Assembly (NCBI GenBank): GCA_905182785.1
Contig: CAJJDF010000031.1
Location: 16-64,015, forward strand
DNA: 64,000 nt
Direction of reading: 5' to 3'
DNA from: an uncultured Flavobacteriales bacterium
GTDB lineage: Bacteria; Bacteroidota; Bacteroidia; Flavobacteriales_D; CAJJDF01
How positions within the stretch are numbered: position 1 is the first letter of the stretch; each line of letters begins with the position of its first letter. The position numbers were made by a program, and so were the translations under genes. The notes beneath the pieces are model-generated. The model saw only the letters and a program-made list of their open reading frames with translations. It was not told the DNA's origin and did no database searches. Below are positions 27,908 through 37,619 of this stretch, piece after piece.

Positions 27908-29656
27908 TTATTCAATTGCAAAAATCTTTATTTCAACATCATCAATCAAAAAAGGTTGTTTTTCTTGATTCCAAATGTATATTTTAATTCTATCTGTAGC
28001 GTTTCTAACTTCTTGAATCTCGATTGAATATTCTTCTTGCGTCCATTTGTTTGTGTCTCTTGGTGGAATTTCACTTACTGGAAAAGTTCCGTATCGGTAT
28101 TTCTCGCCTAACTCATCAGAAATTTCTACTACAAACAAAGCGCCATTTTTTCGCGAAACGGCTAGATCTTTTCTTTTCAAACTAGCTAAAATATAAACTC
28201 CTCTTTTCGTAATAAAACTATCATTAGCGGAGATTGAAACGGAGAAATTAAATTCAGAATTAGTGTAATCTATGTAATTATTGTCACTCGATTCAAAATT
28301 AAAGGTTTTATTATAAATCAATGTTTCATTTGTATTATATAGCATAATATCATTGTTTCCTCCCAAGCAATTTTGATATTGCTCTCCGGTTCTAAGAAAT
28401 GTATATCCATACTTTTTTGCATTCATATCCCAAGAAGAAATGATTCCAGAATGGTATTGAAAAGTTTGTATTAAATTGAGAAATACACACAAAACACTAA
28501 AGCTAGTTAGAGCAATATAAAACGAATTTTTTTGAATATAACGAAATGAAAAAGCAATTAATAAAGCTGATAATCCATAAAATTCTACGAAAGGTCTTTG
28601 CCCAAAAGAAGGCCCGTAATACCAATTCCACCAAGAGCTAATTAGGTAAACAAGCAAGACAAAAAACAAAAACAAACTCCATCCTTGGAACTTGTTTTTT
28701 TTGATTAACAGAACCAAACCAAAAACCGAAACAATTAATAAAGGCGTGTAAACAAAAGCTCCTTTTCTGAAACTAAATAACACTTCCCACAAGTAAGGTT
28801 TAAGAAAATAAAATCCTTCGTTCCCGTAGCTCCAAACAATCCATTCGCCACATTGCACATGCCAAAAATAAACTTGAATAAAAAGAATTGGACCTAAAAT
28901 AACCAAACTAACTAGAACTCTTTTTGGCTTAAAAATAGCTGTGCTTAACTCTTTAAAAGCCAACCAGGAACCAGCAAGAAATGGCAAGGCGAAAATAATA
29001 ATTCCATTTAAAGGACGAATTAAAATAATCATGGCCAAAAATGCTGTTCCAATAAATAGATGCTTAGACTTTTTTTGAAGACTAAAGCGCTTCGCAAAAT
29101 ATAAAAATCCCGAAACAAAAAAGAAGGAATAAATATGTGACATGGAAGGCATAAGAATAGCATAAGCCATTAAATTAGTTCCAAAAAACAATAGCAAAAT
29201 TGAAACGCTTATTATCCATTCTTTGAATTTATATTGCCTGAAAAATGCTCTTAGAAATAAAAGTCCTCCTAATAAATAAAAAATTCCTGCTAAACTAATT
29301 GCTTTGTGGTAAGAGGGTTCAAAACCAGTGTTTTTTTCTCCTTTATGACCTAATAAAAATCCTATTTCGAAAAACGGATACATGGCTACAGCTGTCCCCA
29401 CGTAATATTTATTGACACCCTTTCCATTTACTTCATTAAAAAAACGTTTGTCAGGAGTTTGACGCTCAATTTTATTGGATAAAAAAGTGTTGGGCAAATA
29501 ATAATAATATCCTACTCCATCACTCGATATTATTCTTGAATAACCCTTGTTTTCATTTCCTTTCCAGGAAAATTGAGTTACGAAAATAACGGAAACCAAT
29601 CCTATGACAAGGATAGTAAAATAAGAGTTTAAAATTGTTTTTTTCCTGTTATTCAT
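27908..29656 (-). CDS. polytopic membrane protein, GT-C-like glycosyltransferase candidate with soluble C-terminal domain
   Basis: About 12 TM segments in the first ~400 aa, including an early SSDGVGYYYYLP loop. A ~170-aa beta-rich C-terminal domain follows. Confidence 0.45.
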   Translation of the reverse strand: MNNRKKTILNSYFTILVIGLVSVIFVTQFSWKGNENKGYSRIISSDGVGYYYYLPNTFLSNKIERQTPDKRFFNEVNGKGVNKYYVGTAVAMYPFFEIGFLLGHKGEKNTGFEPSYHKAISLAGIFYLLGGLLFLRAFFRQYKFKEWIISVSILLLFFGTNLMAYAILMPSMSHIYSFFFVSGFLYFAKRFSLQKKSKHLFIGTAFLAMIILIRPLNGIIIFALPFLAGSWLAFKELSTAIFKPKRVLVSLVILGPILFIQVYFWHVQCGEWIVWSYGNEGFYFLKPYLWEVLFSFRKGAFVYTPLLIVSVFGLVLLIKKNKFQGWSLFLFFVLLVYLISSWWNWYYGPSFGQRPFVEFYGLSALLIAFSFRYIQKNSFYIALTSFSVLCVFLNLIQTFQYHSGIISSWDMNAKKYGYTFLRTGEQYQNCLGGNNDIMLYNTNETLIYNKTFNFESSDNNYIDYTNSEFNFSVSISANDSFITKRGVYILASLKRKDLAVSRKNGALFVVEISDELGEKYRYGTFPVSEIPPRDTNKWTQEEYSIEIQEVRNATDRIKIYIWNQEKQPFLIDDVEIKIFAIE

Positions 29657-29710
29657 ACAGAATAAAGGTAGAAAAAACCTTCGGTTTTAAAATAACAAAT
29701 TACAAACTCC

Positions 29711-29757
29711 AAAAAAATTGGAAGTAAAACATTTTTAGGTACCCAAAAATGTTTTAC
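29711..29757 (-). terminator. intrinsic terminator of gldC
   Basis: Perfect 13-bp inverted repeat gtaaaacattttt/aaaaatgttttac with an 8-nt loop, overlapping the gldC stop. A T7 run follows 6 nt downstream on the minus strand. Confidence 0.55.
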
Positions 29758-30095
29758 TTCATTTGCTCTAGTTTCATCTTGTCAGCAAAATGAGCACAAT
29801 AATCTCTTAAATCTTCCACGATTTCATCTTCGCCAGTCGCTTTCTGAAAATTATCTGCCATAGTAACTAAGGTTTGATAAAAAAACATTTTCATCTCATC
29901 TACCATCATTTCTTTCGTCCACAAATCCATGCGCATTGCCGCTTTGTCTTCTTTATCCCATACCGATAAAATCATTGCTTTACACTCTTTGTTTTTGATA
30001 TTTGCATCCGAAGCCGTCCAGTTCATTTCGTAAGGAATGTTATTGTCGTCTGTAGTTACATTTATATTTATTTCTGATGTTTTGTTACTTGCCAT
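29754..30095 (-). CDS. gldC: gliding motility-associated protein GldC
   Basis: 113 aa. The SVWD...DLWTKEMMVDEMKMFFYQTLVTMAD pattern matches my memory of Flavobacterium GldC. Confidence 0.8.
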   Translation of the reverse strand: MASNKTSEININVTTDDNNIPYEMNWTASDANIKNKECKAMILSVWDKEDKAAMRMDLWTKEMMVDEMKMFFYQTLVTMADNFQKATGEDEIVEDLRDYCAHFADKMKLEQMK

Positions 30096-30525
30096 GGGGT
30101 TTTTTTTGATGCTACAAAGGTTAAGTTTTTAAAGGAAATAAACAAGAAAGGGACTTGTCAATGATTAGCATATTTGGTTTAGACAGATTAATATCGATAA
30201 GTCACTGAATATAAATAACTAAATGCAAATTGATAATGACTTTATTTAGTGTAATTACGAAATCAATAATCGTAATATAAATTTCTAAGAAATAACAAAA
30301 GCACTTAACTTAAATAAAGTTAATTTTCTTAATTCGTTTATTAAGAAAGAAATAATAACTGAAAAATAATTTGTGCAATTCATAATCTTCACCCAACATT
30401 AACACAACCTGATAACTATTCGTTTTTAATGCTTTTTTTGTTAGTAATTCTCTCATAGGTTTGTTAAATCATTATAATATTATAAAAAAAGAAAGACAAA
30501 CTTATTAAACCTTTGTTATATTTTT

Positions 30526-30533
30526 TACATTTG
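30526..30533 (+). promoter_or_regulatory. -7 box TAcaTTTG, 3 nt upstream of the ftsX ATG
   Basis: Exact TAnnTTTG match immediately before the ATG at 30537. Confidence 0.35.
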
Positions 30534-30536
30534 TGT

Positions 30537-31424
30537 ATGAGTAAGTACAAAAAAAACAGATACAAAACCACTTCGCTATACGTAACGATAAGCATGGCTT
30601 TTATTCTTTTTCTACTACTCATTTTTGGTATGGCTATCATGCAATTGGATAAAATCTATGGCAATGAAAAAGAAAAAATTGAAATAGATATTTTCTTTAG
30701 AGACAACGCCAAAACAAGCCAAATGAAAAAAGTGGAGAAAGAATTAAGCATGGATCACCGTGTAAACTCTATTGTTTTCATTCCAAAAGAAGAAGCTTGG
30801 GACAATTTTAAGAAAAATACAGGACTAGAGTTTGCCGAAGAAATGGTGGATGGAGTCCCAATTGAAAATAGCATTAATCTTACCCTCAAAAAAGAATATG
30901 CGCAATTGGATAGTGTAGCAAAATTTGAACAAAACGTAAACGAAAAATACGAAGATTTAGTTTCAGATATTTCATACAGTAAATCTCAATTTCAAACAAT
31001 AAATGAAACGCTTTATAATGGTCTTTGGTACGGGTTAGGATTGTGTAGTATTCTGTTAATAATTGCAATTATATTGATAAACAACACAATACGATTAGCT
31101 ATTTTCTCTAAAAGATTCTTGATTAGAACCATGCAATTTGTAGGAGCAAAACACAGTTTTATCAAAAAACCTTTTTTAATTAATTCTGTTGTTCAGGGAG
31201 TTATGTCTGCACTTCTTGCTATTTTATTCTACATTGTAATTAGCTTATTACTAGAAAATAACGAACACATTAGCGAATTGGTTTTCAAACCAGAAAACAT
31301 GGAGAGCAATATCATTATATTTGGAATTATTACAGGAATTGGAGTAGTAGTGAGTTTAGGTTCTACTTATTTCTCAATGAAAAAGTATTTGAAACTAAGC
31401 AAAGACAAACTATACAAACAATAA
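30537..31424 (+). CDS. ftsX: cell division protein FtsX (permease-like)
   Basis: One N-terminal TM, a periplasmic domain and three C-terminal TMs. The ATG at 30537 is preferred over the TTG at 30513. Confidence 0.8.
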   Translation: MSKYKKNRYKTTSLYVTISMAFILFLLLIFGMAIMQLDKIYGNEKEKIEIDIFFRDNAKTSQMKKVEKELSMDHRVNSIVFIPKEEAWDNFKKNTGLEFAEEMVDGVPIENSINLTLKKEYAQLDSVAKFEQNVNEKYEDLVSDISYSKSQFQTINETLYNGLWYGLGLCSILLIIAIILINNTIRLAIFSKRFLIRTMQFVGAKHSFIKKPFLINSVVQGVMSALLAILFYIVISLLLENNEHISELVFKPENMESNIIIFGIITGIGVVVSLGSTYFSMKKYLKLSKDKLYKQ

Positions 31425-31452
31425 TTATTTTAACTTTATATAAATCTTTATT

Positions 31453-31737
31453 ATGAAAAAAAACATCTATTTTACTAAGAAAAACTACATATTAGTAGTG
31501 GTTGGATTATTAATTTCTGTACTGGGTTACGTATTAATGGCTGGAGGAAACCCAGAAAACCCTGCAGAATATAGTGATGATATATTTAATTTTAGAAGGT
31601 TAACTCTTGCTCCATTCGTAGTAATGACAGGGTATGTGGTTGTTTTAATTGGTATTATTAAAGTTTATAGAAAGGAAGATGGCGAGGTAATCGACAATTC
31701 ATCTGAAACTGTAAAACCAGAAAGAATAAAAAAATAA
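31453..31737 (+). CDS. DUF3098-like small membrane protein
   Basis: 94 aa with two TMs (FTKKNYILVVVGLLISVLGYVLMAGG). Its position between ftsX and uppP is conserved. Confidence 0.6.
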   Translation: MKKNIYFTKKNYILVVVGLLISVLGYVLMAGGNPENPAEYSDDIFNFRRLTLAPFVVMTGYVVVLIGIIKVYRKEDGEVIDNSSETVKPERIKK

Positions 31738-31751
31738 TTCACACTTCATAA

Positions 31752-32549
31752 ATGGATTTATTACAAGCAATAATCCTTGGAATTGTTCAAGGACTTACCG
31801 AGTTTTTACCCGTAAGTAGTAGTGGGCATATTGAATTGGTGAAAGAATTATTTCCAAACGGAAATTTTAAGCCAGGAAAAGAAATGACTATTCTTCTTCA
31901 CTTTGCAACTGCTCTTAGTACTTGCGTTATTTTCAGAAAAGAAATAGCTCAAATCATCAGGGGCCTTTTTCAATTCAAAAATAACGAAGAACTTCATTTT
32001 TCATTAAAAATTATCGTTTCTATGATTCCTGCAGCAATTGTGGGACTTAAATATGACGACTTAATTGAAACATTTTTTGAAGGGCAAATACTTTTAGTTG
32101 GTTGCATGCTGCTCTTAACAGGAACTCTCCTTTTTGTTGCTGACAGAGCTAAACAAACCAACAAAACTCTAACTTTTGGAAACGCATTAATCATTGGAAT
32201 CTCACAAATGATTGCAATTTTACCAGGTATTTCTCGTTCTGGCGCTACCATTTCTACTTCTGTTCTTTTGGGAATAGACAGAGAAAAAGCAGCTCGTTTT
32301 TCTTTTTTGATGGTAGTTCCCTTAATTTTTGGAAAAATAGCAAAAGATGCTATTGACATTATAAAAGAACCATCTATTCAAGAAAACATCAATTACTTGC
32401 CTTATATATTAGGATTTGTATTTGCATTTGTTACTGGACTATTAGCTTGTACCTGGATGATAAAATTAGTTAAGAGTAGTAAGTTGTACTACTTTTCAAT
32501 TTATTGTTTTATTGTTGGAATAGCCGCTATCATTTATACTTTCATATAA
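31752..32549 (+). CDS. uppP: undecaprenyl-diphosphate phosphatase
   Basis: BacA family features: GLTEFLPVSSSGH and PGISRSGATI motifs. Confidence 0.9.
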   Translation: MDLLQAIILGIVQGLTEFLPVSSSGHIELVKELFPNGNFKPGKEMTILLHFATALSTCVIFRKEIAQIIRGLFQFKNNEELHFSLKIIVSMIPAAIVGLKYDDLIETFFEGQILLVGCMLLLTGTLLFVADRAKQTNKTLTFGNALIIGISQMIAILPGISRSGATISTSVLLGIDREKAARFSFLMVVPLIFGKIAKDAIDIIKEPSIQENINYLPYILGFVFAFVTGLLACTWMIKLVKSSKLYYFSIYCFIVGIAAIIYTFI

Positions 32550-33271
32550 TGGAGAAAAACGATTCAATAGACTTTTACGGAGGAGAAGTTTTATTAATAG
32601 ACAAACCAAAAGACATTTCTTCTTTTGGAGCTGTGAATAGAATAAAACGTGCTTTTATAAAACAAACCGGAAAGAAAAGATACAAGATAGGCCATGCAGG
32701 AACTCTTGATCCTCTTGCAACTGGATTGCTAATTATGTGTAGCGGTAAAAAAACGAAAACTATAAGCGGATTTCAAGGATTACCGAAAGAGTATACGGGT
32801 GAAATAGTGTTGGGAGCAACCACTCCTTGTTATGATTTGGAAATGGAAATTGACCAAACATTTGATTATTCTCAAATCACAGAACAACAAATTTTAGATT
32901 GTGCCAAAACATTTTTGGGAGAAAATAATCAAATGCCTCCTATCTTTTCTGCAAAAAAAATAAATGGAAAAAGAGCCTATGACTTGGCCAGAAATGGCGA
33001 AGAGGTGGTTTTAAAACCTAATTTGATTACAATACATGAATTTGAAATAGTAAAAATTGAAATGCCTAAAGTATCATTTAGAATTGCATGCAGTAAAGGA
33101 ACTTACATTCGTTCTATTGCTCATGATTTTGGAAAAAAACTAAATAATGGGGGGTATCTCGAGAATTTGAGAAGAACAAAAATTGGAGAGTATTCTGTAG
33201 AAGATGCAAAGTCTATTGAAGAAATTCAAGATCTAATTTTTGATTCGAAATTTGTAGAAAAACTGAACTAG
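32549..33271 (+). CDS. truB: tRNA pseudouridine(55) synthase
   Basis: Carries the HAGTLDPLATGLL catalytic Asp motif. The start was taken at MEKNDS (ATG 32549), which overlaps the uppP stop. Confidence 0.9.
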   Translation: MEKNDSIDFYGGEVLLIDKPKDISSFGAVNRIKRAFIKQTGKKRYKIGHAGTLDPLATGLLIMCSGKKTKTISGFQGLPKEYTGEIVLGATTPCYDLEMEIDQTFDYSQITEQQILDCAKTFLGENNQMPPIFSAKKINGKRAYDLARNGEEVVLKPNLITIHEFEIVKIEMPKVSFRIACSKGTYIRSIAHDFGKKLNNGGYLENLRRTKIGEYSVEDAKSIEEIQDLIFDSKFVEKLN

Positions 33272-33356
33272 GTAATTATCTCATTACTCTTGGTTGATAT
33301 AGTTAGGAAAAAAGCGAGTAAAATTGTATTTTTGCTATCTTAAATAAAAAGCACAC

Positions 33357-34406
33357 ATGAAATTATCAAAATTTGGATTCGATTTACCTGATGAATTATT
33401 AGCAGAATACCCTGCAGAAAATAGGGACGAAGCAAGATTAATGGTTCTGAACAGAGAAAAACAAACTATTGAGCACAAACAATTCAAAGATTTAATTGAT
33501 TATTTTGATGATCAAGATGTTTTGATGATGAACAACACCAAAGTTTTTCCTGCTCGTATGTTGGGTAATAAAGAAAAAACTGGTGCAGAAATTGAAGTTT
33601 TCTTATTAAGAGAACTAAACAAAGAAAGTTTATTGTGGGATGTATTAGTAGATCCAGCAAGAAAGATAAGAATTGGGAATAAACTATATTTTGGAGAAGA
33701 CGAAGAATTAGTTGCCGAAGTAATTGATAACACTACCTCAAGAGGAAGAACATTAAGATTCTTATTTGATGGTACATACGAAGAGTTTCAGCAAAAAATT
33801 AGAGATTTAGGAAAAACACCACTTCCAAAATACATCAAAAGAGAAGTTGAAGCATCTGATGAAGAAAGATACCAAACTATATACGCAAAACACGAAGGGT
33901 CTGTAGCTGCACCTACTGCAGGATTACACTTTAGCAAGCAATTGCTTAAAAGATTAGAAATAAAAGGAGTCAACTTTGCAGAAGTTACTTTGCATGTTGG
34001 TCTTGGTACATTTCAGCCTGTGGAAGTAGAAGATTTGACTAAACACAAAATGGGTTCTGAAAGAGCTTATATCAATCAGAGAAACTGTGACATTATAAAC
34101 AAGGGGATTCTTGAAAAAAGAAGCGTTTGTGCTGTTGGAACAACAACTGTAAGAACAACAGAGTCTTCTGTATCTTCTGAAGGATTACTAAAACCTTATG
34201 ACGGTTGGACAAATAAATTTATTTTCCCTCCTTACGACTTTAACATACCAAACAAATTAATTACTAATTTCCACACGCCTTACTCAACTTTATTGATGAT
34301 GGTTTGTGCATTTGGAGGTTATGATTTTGTGATGGAAGCATACCAAGAAGCCGTGAAAGAAAAATATAAGTTTTTCTCTTATGGTGATGCAATGCTAATC
34401 ATCTAA
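33357..34406 (+). CDS. queA: S-adenosylmethionine:tRNA ribosyltransferase-isomerase
   Basis: Shows the typical QueA N-terminus ([17 protein letters not shown]) and the AAPTAGLHF motif. A TAttTTTG box lies at 33327-33334. Confidence 0.95.
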   Translation: MKLSKFGFDLPDELLAEYPAENRDEARLMVLNREKQTIEHKQFKDLIDYFDDQDVLMMNNTKVFPARMLGNKEKTGAEIEVFLLRELNKESLLWDVLVDPARKIRIGNKLYFGEDEELVAEVIDNTTSRGRTLRFLFDGTYEEFQQKIRDLGKTPLPKYIKREVEASDEERYQTIYAKHEGSVAAPTAGLHFSKQLLKRLEIKGVNFAEVTLHVGLGTFQPVEVEDLTKHKMGSERAYINQRNCDIINKGILEKRSVCAVGTTTVRTTESSVSSEGLLKPYDGWTNKFIFPPYDFNIPNKLITNFHTPYSTLLMMVCAFGGYDFVMEAYQEAVKEKYKFFSYGDAMLII

Positions 34407-34415
34407 TTTAAATTT

Positions 34416-34442
34416 GGAGAGCATTTAGCTCTCCTTTTTTTT
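34416..34442 (+). terminator. intrinsic terminator after queA
   Basis: Stem ggagagc/gctctcc with a 5-nt loop, followed by T8. Confidence 0.65.
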
Positions 34443-34452
34443 GCCTTATATT

Positions 34453-35127
34453 ATGGATAACACAAAACCACATTTTGTAATAATTGTAGCTGGAGGAACA
34501 GGAAAAAGAATGAATTCTTCCCTCCCAAAGCAATTTATTGAAATCCATAACAAGCCTATAATTTTTCATACTATAGAGAAATTTTTAAGTGCTGATTCTT
34601 CTATTCATTTTGTCATTTCTCTTCATCCAAATTTTGTAGAGTATTGGAATGAATTAATCGAAAAACATCAATTCAATTTCAATCATGAAATAGTTGCTGG
34701 CGGAGAAGAACGCTTTTTTTCTGTTAAAAATGCCCTTGAATTAGTTCCAGAAAATGCAATTTTAGGAATCCATGATGCGGTTCGTCCTTTGGTTTCTGTA
34801 GAAACAATAATTAGTTGTTTTAATACTGCAAACAAATTCGGTTCTGCCATTCCTATGGTTGATTCTGTGAATAGTTTGCGCTACGTTTCTCAAAGTAAAA
34901 ACGAATCTCTAGACAGAAATTACATCAAACAAGTACAGACTCCTCAATATTTTGATTCTAAGCAAATTAAAGAGTGTTATTTGAATAATTACTCCCGTAA
35001 ATTTACGGATGATGCTTCGGTGTTTGAAGCCAGTAATTCTCAAATAAAGACAGTAGAAGGAAATCCAGAAAACATTAAAATTACTACTCCCATTGATTTG
35101 ATTGTAGCGAAAGAATTGTTGAAATAG
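34453..35127 (+). CDS. ispD: 2-C-methyl-D-erythritol 4-phosphate cytidylyltransferase
   Basis: VIIVAGGTGKRM...LPKQF motif. ATG 34453 is preferred because the TTG at 34441 lies inside the terminator T-run. Confidence 0.85.
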   Translation: MDNTKPHFVIIVAGGTGKRMNSSLPKQFIEIHNKPIIFHTIEKFLSADSSIHFVISLHPNFVEYWNELIEKHQFNFNHEIVAGGEERFFSVKNALELVPENAILGIHDAVRPLVSVETIISCFNTANKFGSAIPMVDSVNSLRYVSQSKNESLDRNYIKQVQTPQYFDSKQIKECYLNNYSRKFTDDASVFEASNSQIKTVEGNPENIKITTPIDLIVAKELLK

Positions 35128-35147
35128 AATTGGCTTTCAAGGTTGGG

Positions 35148-35310
35148 CTTCGAGACATTTCGAACAAGTTCGAAACCCGCAGCCCGCAGATTTGAATAAA
35201 ACCGAATCATAAGTTATTGCTTTTCAAAATTCAAATCCGTAAATCTTAAAACATACAAAATTGAACCCTAAGGGATTTATTTCTTTTTTTCGAAATAAAA
35301 TGTCTCGAAG
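35148..35310. repeat. nested inverted-repeat element (candidate structured RNA or MITE-like remnant)
   Basis: The outer arms cttcgagacatt (35148-35159) and aatgtctcgaag (35299-35310) are perfect 12-bp complements, extendable to 17 bp with a 5-nt bulge. The inner arms gatttgaat (35189-35197) and attcaaatc (35229-35237) are perfect 9-bp complements. There is also a local palindrome tttcgaacaagttcgaaa (35158-35175) and a GC-rich core (cccgcagcccgcag). Confidence 0.45.
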
Positions 35311-35336
35311 GGGGACTTTTTATGTAAATTCATATC

Positions 35337-35810
35337 ATGAAAACAACCCTAAGAAAAGCAACCAAACAAGATTTACAACCCGTCCTCGATTTAGTAAAAG
35401 AACTAGCATTATACGAAAAAGCTCCTCAAGAGGTAACCGTAACTTTGGCCGATTACGAAACTGATTTTGAAAATAACGTGTTTGAAATTATCCTTGCCGA
35501 GCAAGAAAGCAAGATTGTAGGAATTGCATTTTACTATATGGCATATTCCACCTGGAAAGGAAAAATGTTATTCTTAGAAGACTTTGTAGTGAAAGAAGAG
35601 TTAAGAGGGCAGGGAATTGGAAAACTCATTTTTAGAGCTTATTTAGAGGAAGCGCGAAGACAAAATGTGAGCATAGCTAAATGGCAAGTCTTGGACTGGA
35701 ATGAACCTGCAATTAACTTCTACGAAAAATATAATTCTACTATTGAAAAACAATGGTTTAATGGAAAGATATTAAAGAAAGATTTTGACGAGATTATTGG
35801 GTTGATGTGA
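35337..35810 (+). CDS. GNAT family N-acetyltransferase
   Basis: Acetyl-CoA binding motif (VKEELRGQGIGKLIF). The gene ends in three consecutive in-frame stops (TGA TAG TAA). Confidence 0.85.
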   Translation: MKTTLRKATKQDLQPVLDLVKELALYEKAPQEVTVTLADYETDFENNVFEIILAEQESKIVGIAFYYMAYSTWKGKMLFLEDFVVKEELRGQGIGKLIFRAYLEEARRQNVSIAKWQVLDWNEPAINFYEKYNSTIEKQWFNGKILKKDFDEIIGLM

Positions 35811-35823
35811 TAGTAAAACGTGC

Positions 35824-35846
35824 GATGCTGAATTTATTTCAACATC
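35824..35846. repeat. REP-like palindromic unit (gatgCTGAAtttatTTCAacatc)
   Basis: 9-bp stem with one mismatch and a tttat loop. It lies between the convergent GNAT and thiL genes. Confidence 0.4.
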
Positions 35847-35898
35847 TCTATTTGTAGAAATATTACTTGAGTTTCAAACATGAAATATTCTTCGCTAG

Positions 35899-35919
35899 AT
35901 CCTAAAATAAATTCAGGAT
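35899..35919. repeat. REP-like palindromic unit in opposite orientation (atCCTaAAataaaTTCAGGat)
   Basis: 8-bp stem with one mismatch. Its ataaa loop is the complement of the loop of the first unit. Confidence 0.4.
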
Positions 35920-35960
35920 GGCTAACAAAAATAATAAATTGGTTAACTCTTAATTAATTT

Positions 35961-37028
35961 TTACTCTTCCTCCTCGCCTTTTCCGTCCATTTCTTTTTTC
36001 AAGAATGCATCCCAGCCTTGAGCCGTAAGAGGTGTAGAAGTATTGTCTCTAGTTACCAAATTCACTCCAGCATTTTTATCAGTCATGTGACCAATAACAC
36101 TCATATGAGGATTTCCTTTTACTTTTTCAAAATCTTCTTGTTTGATTGTAAACAGTAATTCATAATCTTCCCCTCCGTTAAGTGCTACAATAGTTGGAGA
36201 CATACCAAAATCTTGTGCTGTCAATACAGTTTGAGGGTCAATAGGTAATTTGTCTTCATAAACGGCACAACCCACTTCACTTTGAGTACAAATATGGAAA
36301 ATCTCAGAAGCCAACCCATCTGATATGTCAATCATACTCGTTGGTTTCACTTCCATCTTTGCAAGTAATTCAATAATATCACCCCTTGCTTCTGGTTTCA
36401 AAATTCTTTCTAGTACGTAGTCGTTTCCTTCTAAATCGGGTTGAATTTTATCGTTTGCTTTGAAAACTTCTTTTTCTCTTTCTAGTAATTGTAACCCAAT
36501 ATAAGCACTTCCTAAATCTCCCGTTACCACCAACAAGTCATTCTCTTTCGCTCCATTTCTGTAAACGATATCTTCTTCGTTAGCAACACCCATTGCTGTA
36601 ATGTTTATATTCAATCCAGAAATTGAAGTAGTTGTATCTCCTCCAATCACTTCAACTCCGTAAAGTTGACAAGCCAATAAAATCCCCTCATACAATTCAT
36701 CAATCGCCTCTACAGGGTAACGGCTAGAGAAACTCAGGGCAACTGTAATTGCTACTGGTTTTGCATTCATAGCAAAAATATCAGATAAATTTACCGCTAC
36801 CGCCTTATATCCTAAATGTTTCAATGGCGTATAAGAAATATCAAAATGTACCCCTTCTGTTAGTGTATCAGTAGAAATTACTGTTTTCTTATTTCCAAAA
36901 TCTACTACTGCGGCATCATCCCCAATCCCTTTGATAATATCTTTATTCGTCAGCTTAATTTTATCTTGAAGTCTTTTGATAAATCCAAATTCTCCTAGTT
37001 CGCTAATATTTGTATGAGTGTTTTCCAT
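35961..37028 (-). CDS. thiL: thiamine-monophosphate kinase
   Basis: AIR-synthase-like fold motifs (GIGDDAAVV, GGDTT). Confidence 0.85.
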   Translation of the reverse strand: MENTHTNISELGEFGFIKRLQDKIKLTNKDIIKGIGDDAAVVDFGNKKTVISTDTLTEGVHFDISYTPLKHLGYKAVAVNLSDIFAMNAKPVAITVALSFSSRYPVEAIDELYEGILLACQLYGVEVIGGDTTTSISGLNINITAMGVANEEDIVYRNGAKENDLLVVTGDLGSAYIGLQLLEREKEVFKANDKIQPDLEGNDYVLERILKPEARGDIIELLAKMEVKPTSMIDISDGLASEIFHICTQSEVGCAVYEDKLPIDPQTVLTAQDFGMSPTIVALNGGEDYELLFTIKQEDFEKVKGNPHMSVIGHMTDKNAGVNLVTRDNTSTPLTAQGWDAFLKKEMDGKGEEEE

Positions 37029-37032
37029 AGTA

Positions 37033-37040
37033 CAAAATTA
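37033..37040 (-). promoter_or_regulatory. -7 box TAatTTTG, 4 nt upstream of the thiL ATG
   Basis: The reverse complement of caaaatta is an exact TAnnTTTG match. Confidence 0.35.
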
Positions 37041-37142
37041 GTTAATATATGCGGTATGAAAACTCTTTTGCAGAAAAATAGTTTTTCTTCTTTTGCTTCC
37101 TCTATTTTATTAGTAATTTTAATCAATTAAAATCTTTATATC

Positions 37143-37412
37143 ATGAAAAAAATCGGGGTTATCTTCATCAGTTCATTGTTATTAATAAGTTGTGGAGAAG
37201 CAAAAACATCTTTGGAAAAAATTGTTGACTTAAAATGTAACTGCCTGGAATTATTAAACAAAGAGAGAGACAATGTGTTAGAGGTGATAAATTGCTCGGA
37301 TGAAGTTGCAAATAAAGCGGAATTCGCAAGACTAGAACCTCAAGAAATTACTAAAGGAATGGAAAAACATTGTCCAAATGCTGCAATTCCTTATGATGAA
37401 ATGCAACAGTAA
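37143..37412 (+). CDS. hypothetical small lipoprotein
   Basis: Lipobox LLISC, 89 aa. Confidence 0.45.
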   Translation: MKKIGVIFISSLLLISCGEAKTSLEKIVDLKCNCLELLNKERDNVLEVINCSDEVANKAEFARLEPQEITKGMEKHCPNAAIPYDEMQQ

Positions 37413-37562
37413 CTGAGTATAATAATACTATAAAGTGGATAATTTTTCTTATTTTTATGCATATAAAATTTAAGATTCAATTTTATTTAAAAAAAATGAA
37501 AACAAGCTGGGAAAATATCTTTTCGCTAATGTTATCCGTGATTATCAAAAATCCAGAGTAGT

Positions 37563-37584
37563 CGGGTAATTTACGCCCGTTTTT
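37563..37584 (+). terminator. weak terminator-like hairpin upstream of hmgA
   Basis: cggg(t)/(g)cccg stem of 4-5 bp followed by T5. It lies 150 nt after the upstream stop. Confidence 0.3.
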
Positions 37585-37619
37585 CATTTAATACTCCTAT
37601 AAATTTATTACATTTAAGA

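Noticed and set aside
35261-35464. 67-aa ORF overlapping the start of the GNAT gene.
   Set aside because: It runs out of frame over a well-supported gene, begins inside the inverted-repeat element and encodes a low-complexity Arg/Ser-rich product.
37496-37561. 21-codon uORF (MKTSWENIFSLMLSVIIKNPE) ending at a small hairpin with T5, read as a leader-peptide attenuator for hmgA.
   Set aside because: The peptide has no run of aromatic codons and the stem is only 4-5 bp. A -7-like box for hmgA lies downstream of the hairpin, so the hairpin is more simply a weak terminator of the upstream gene.
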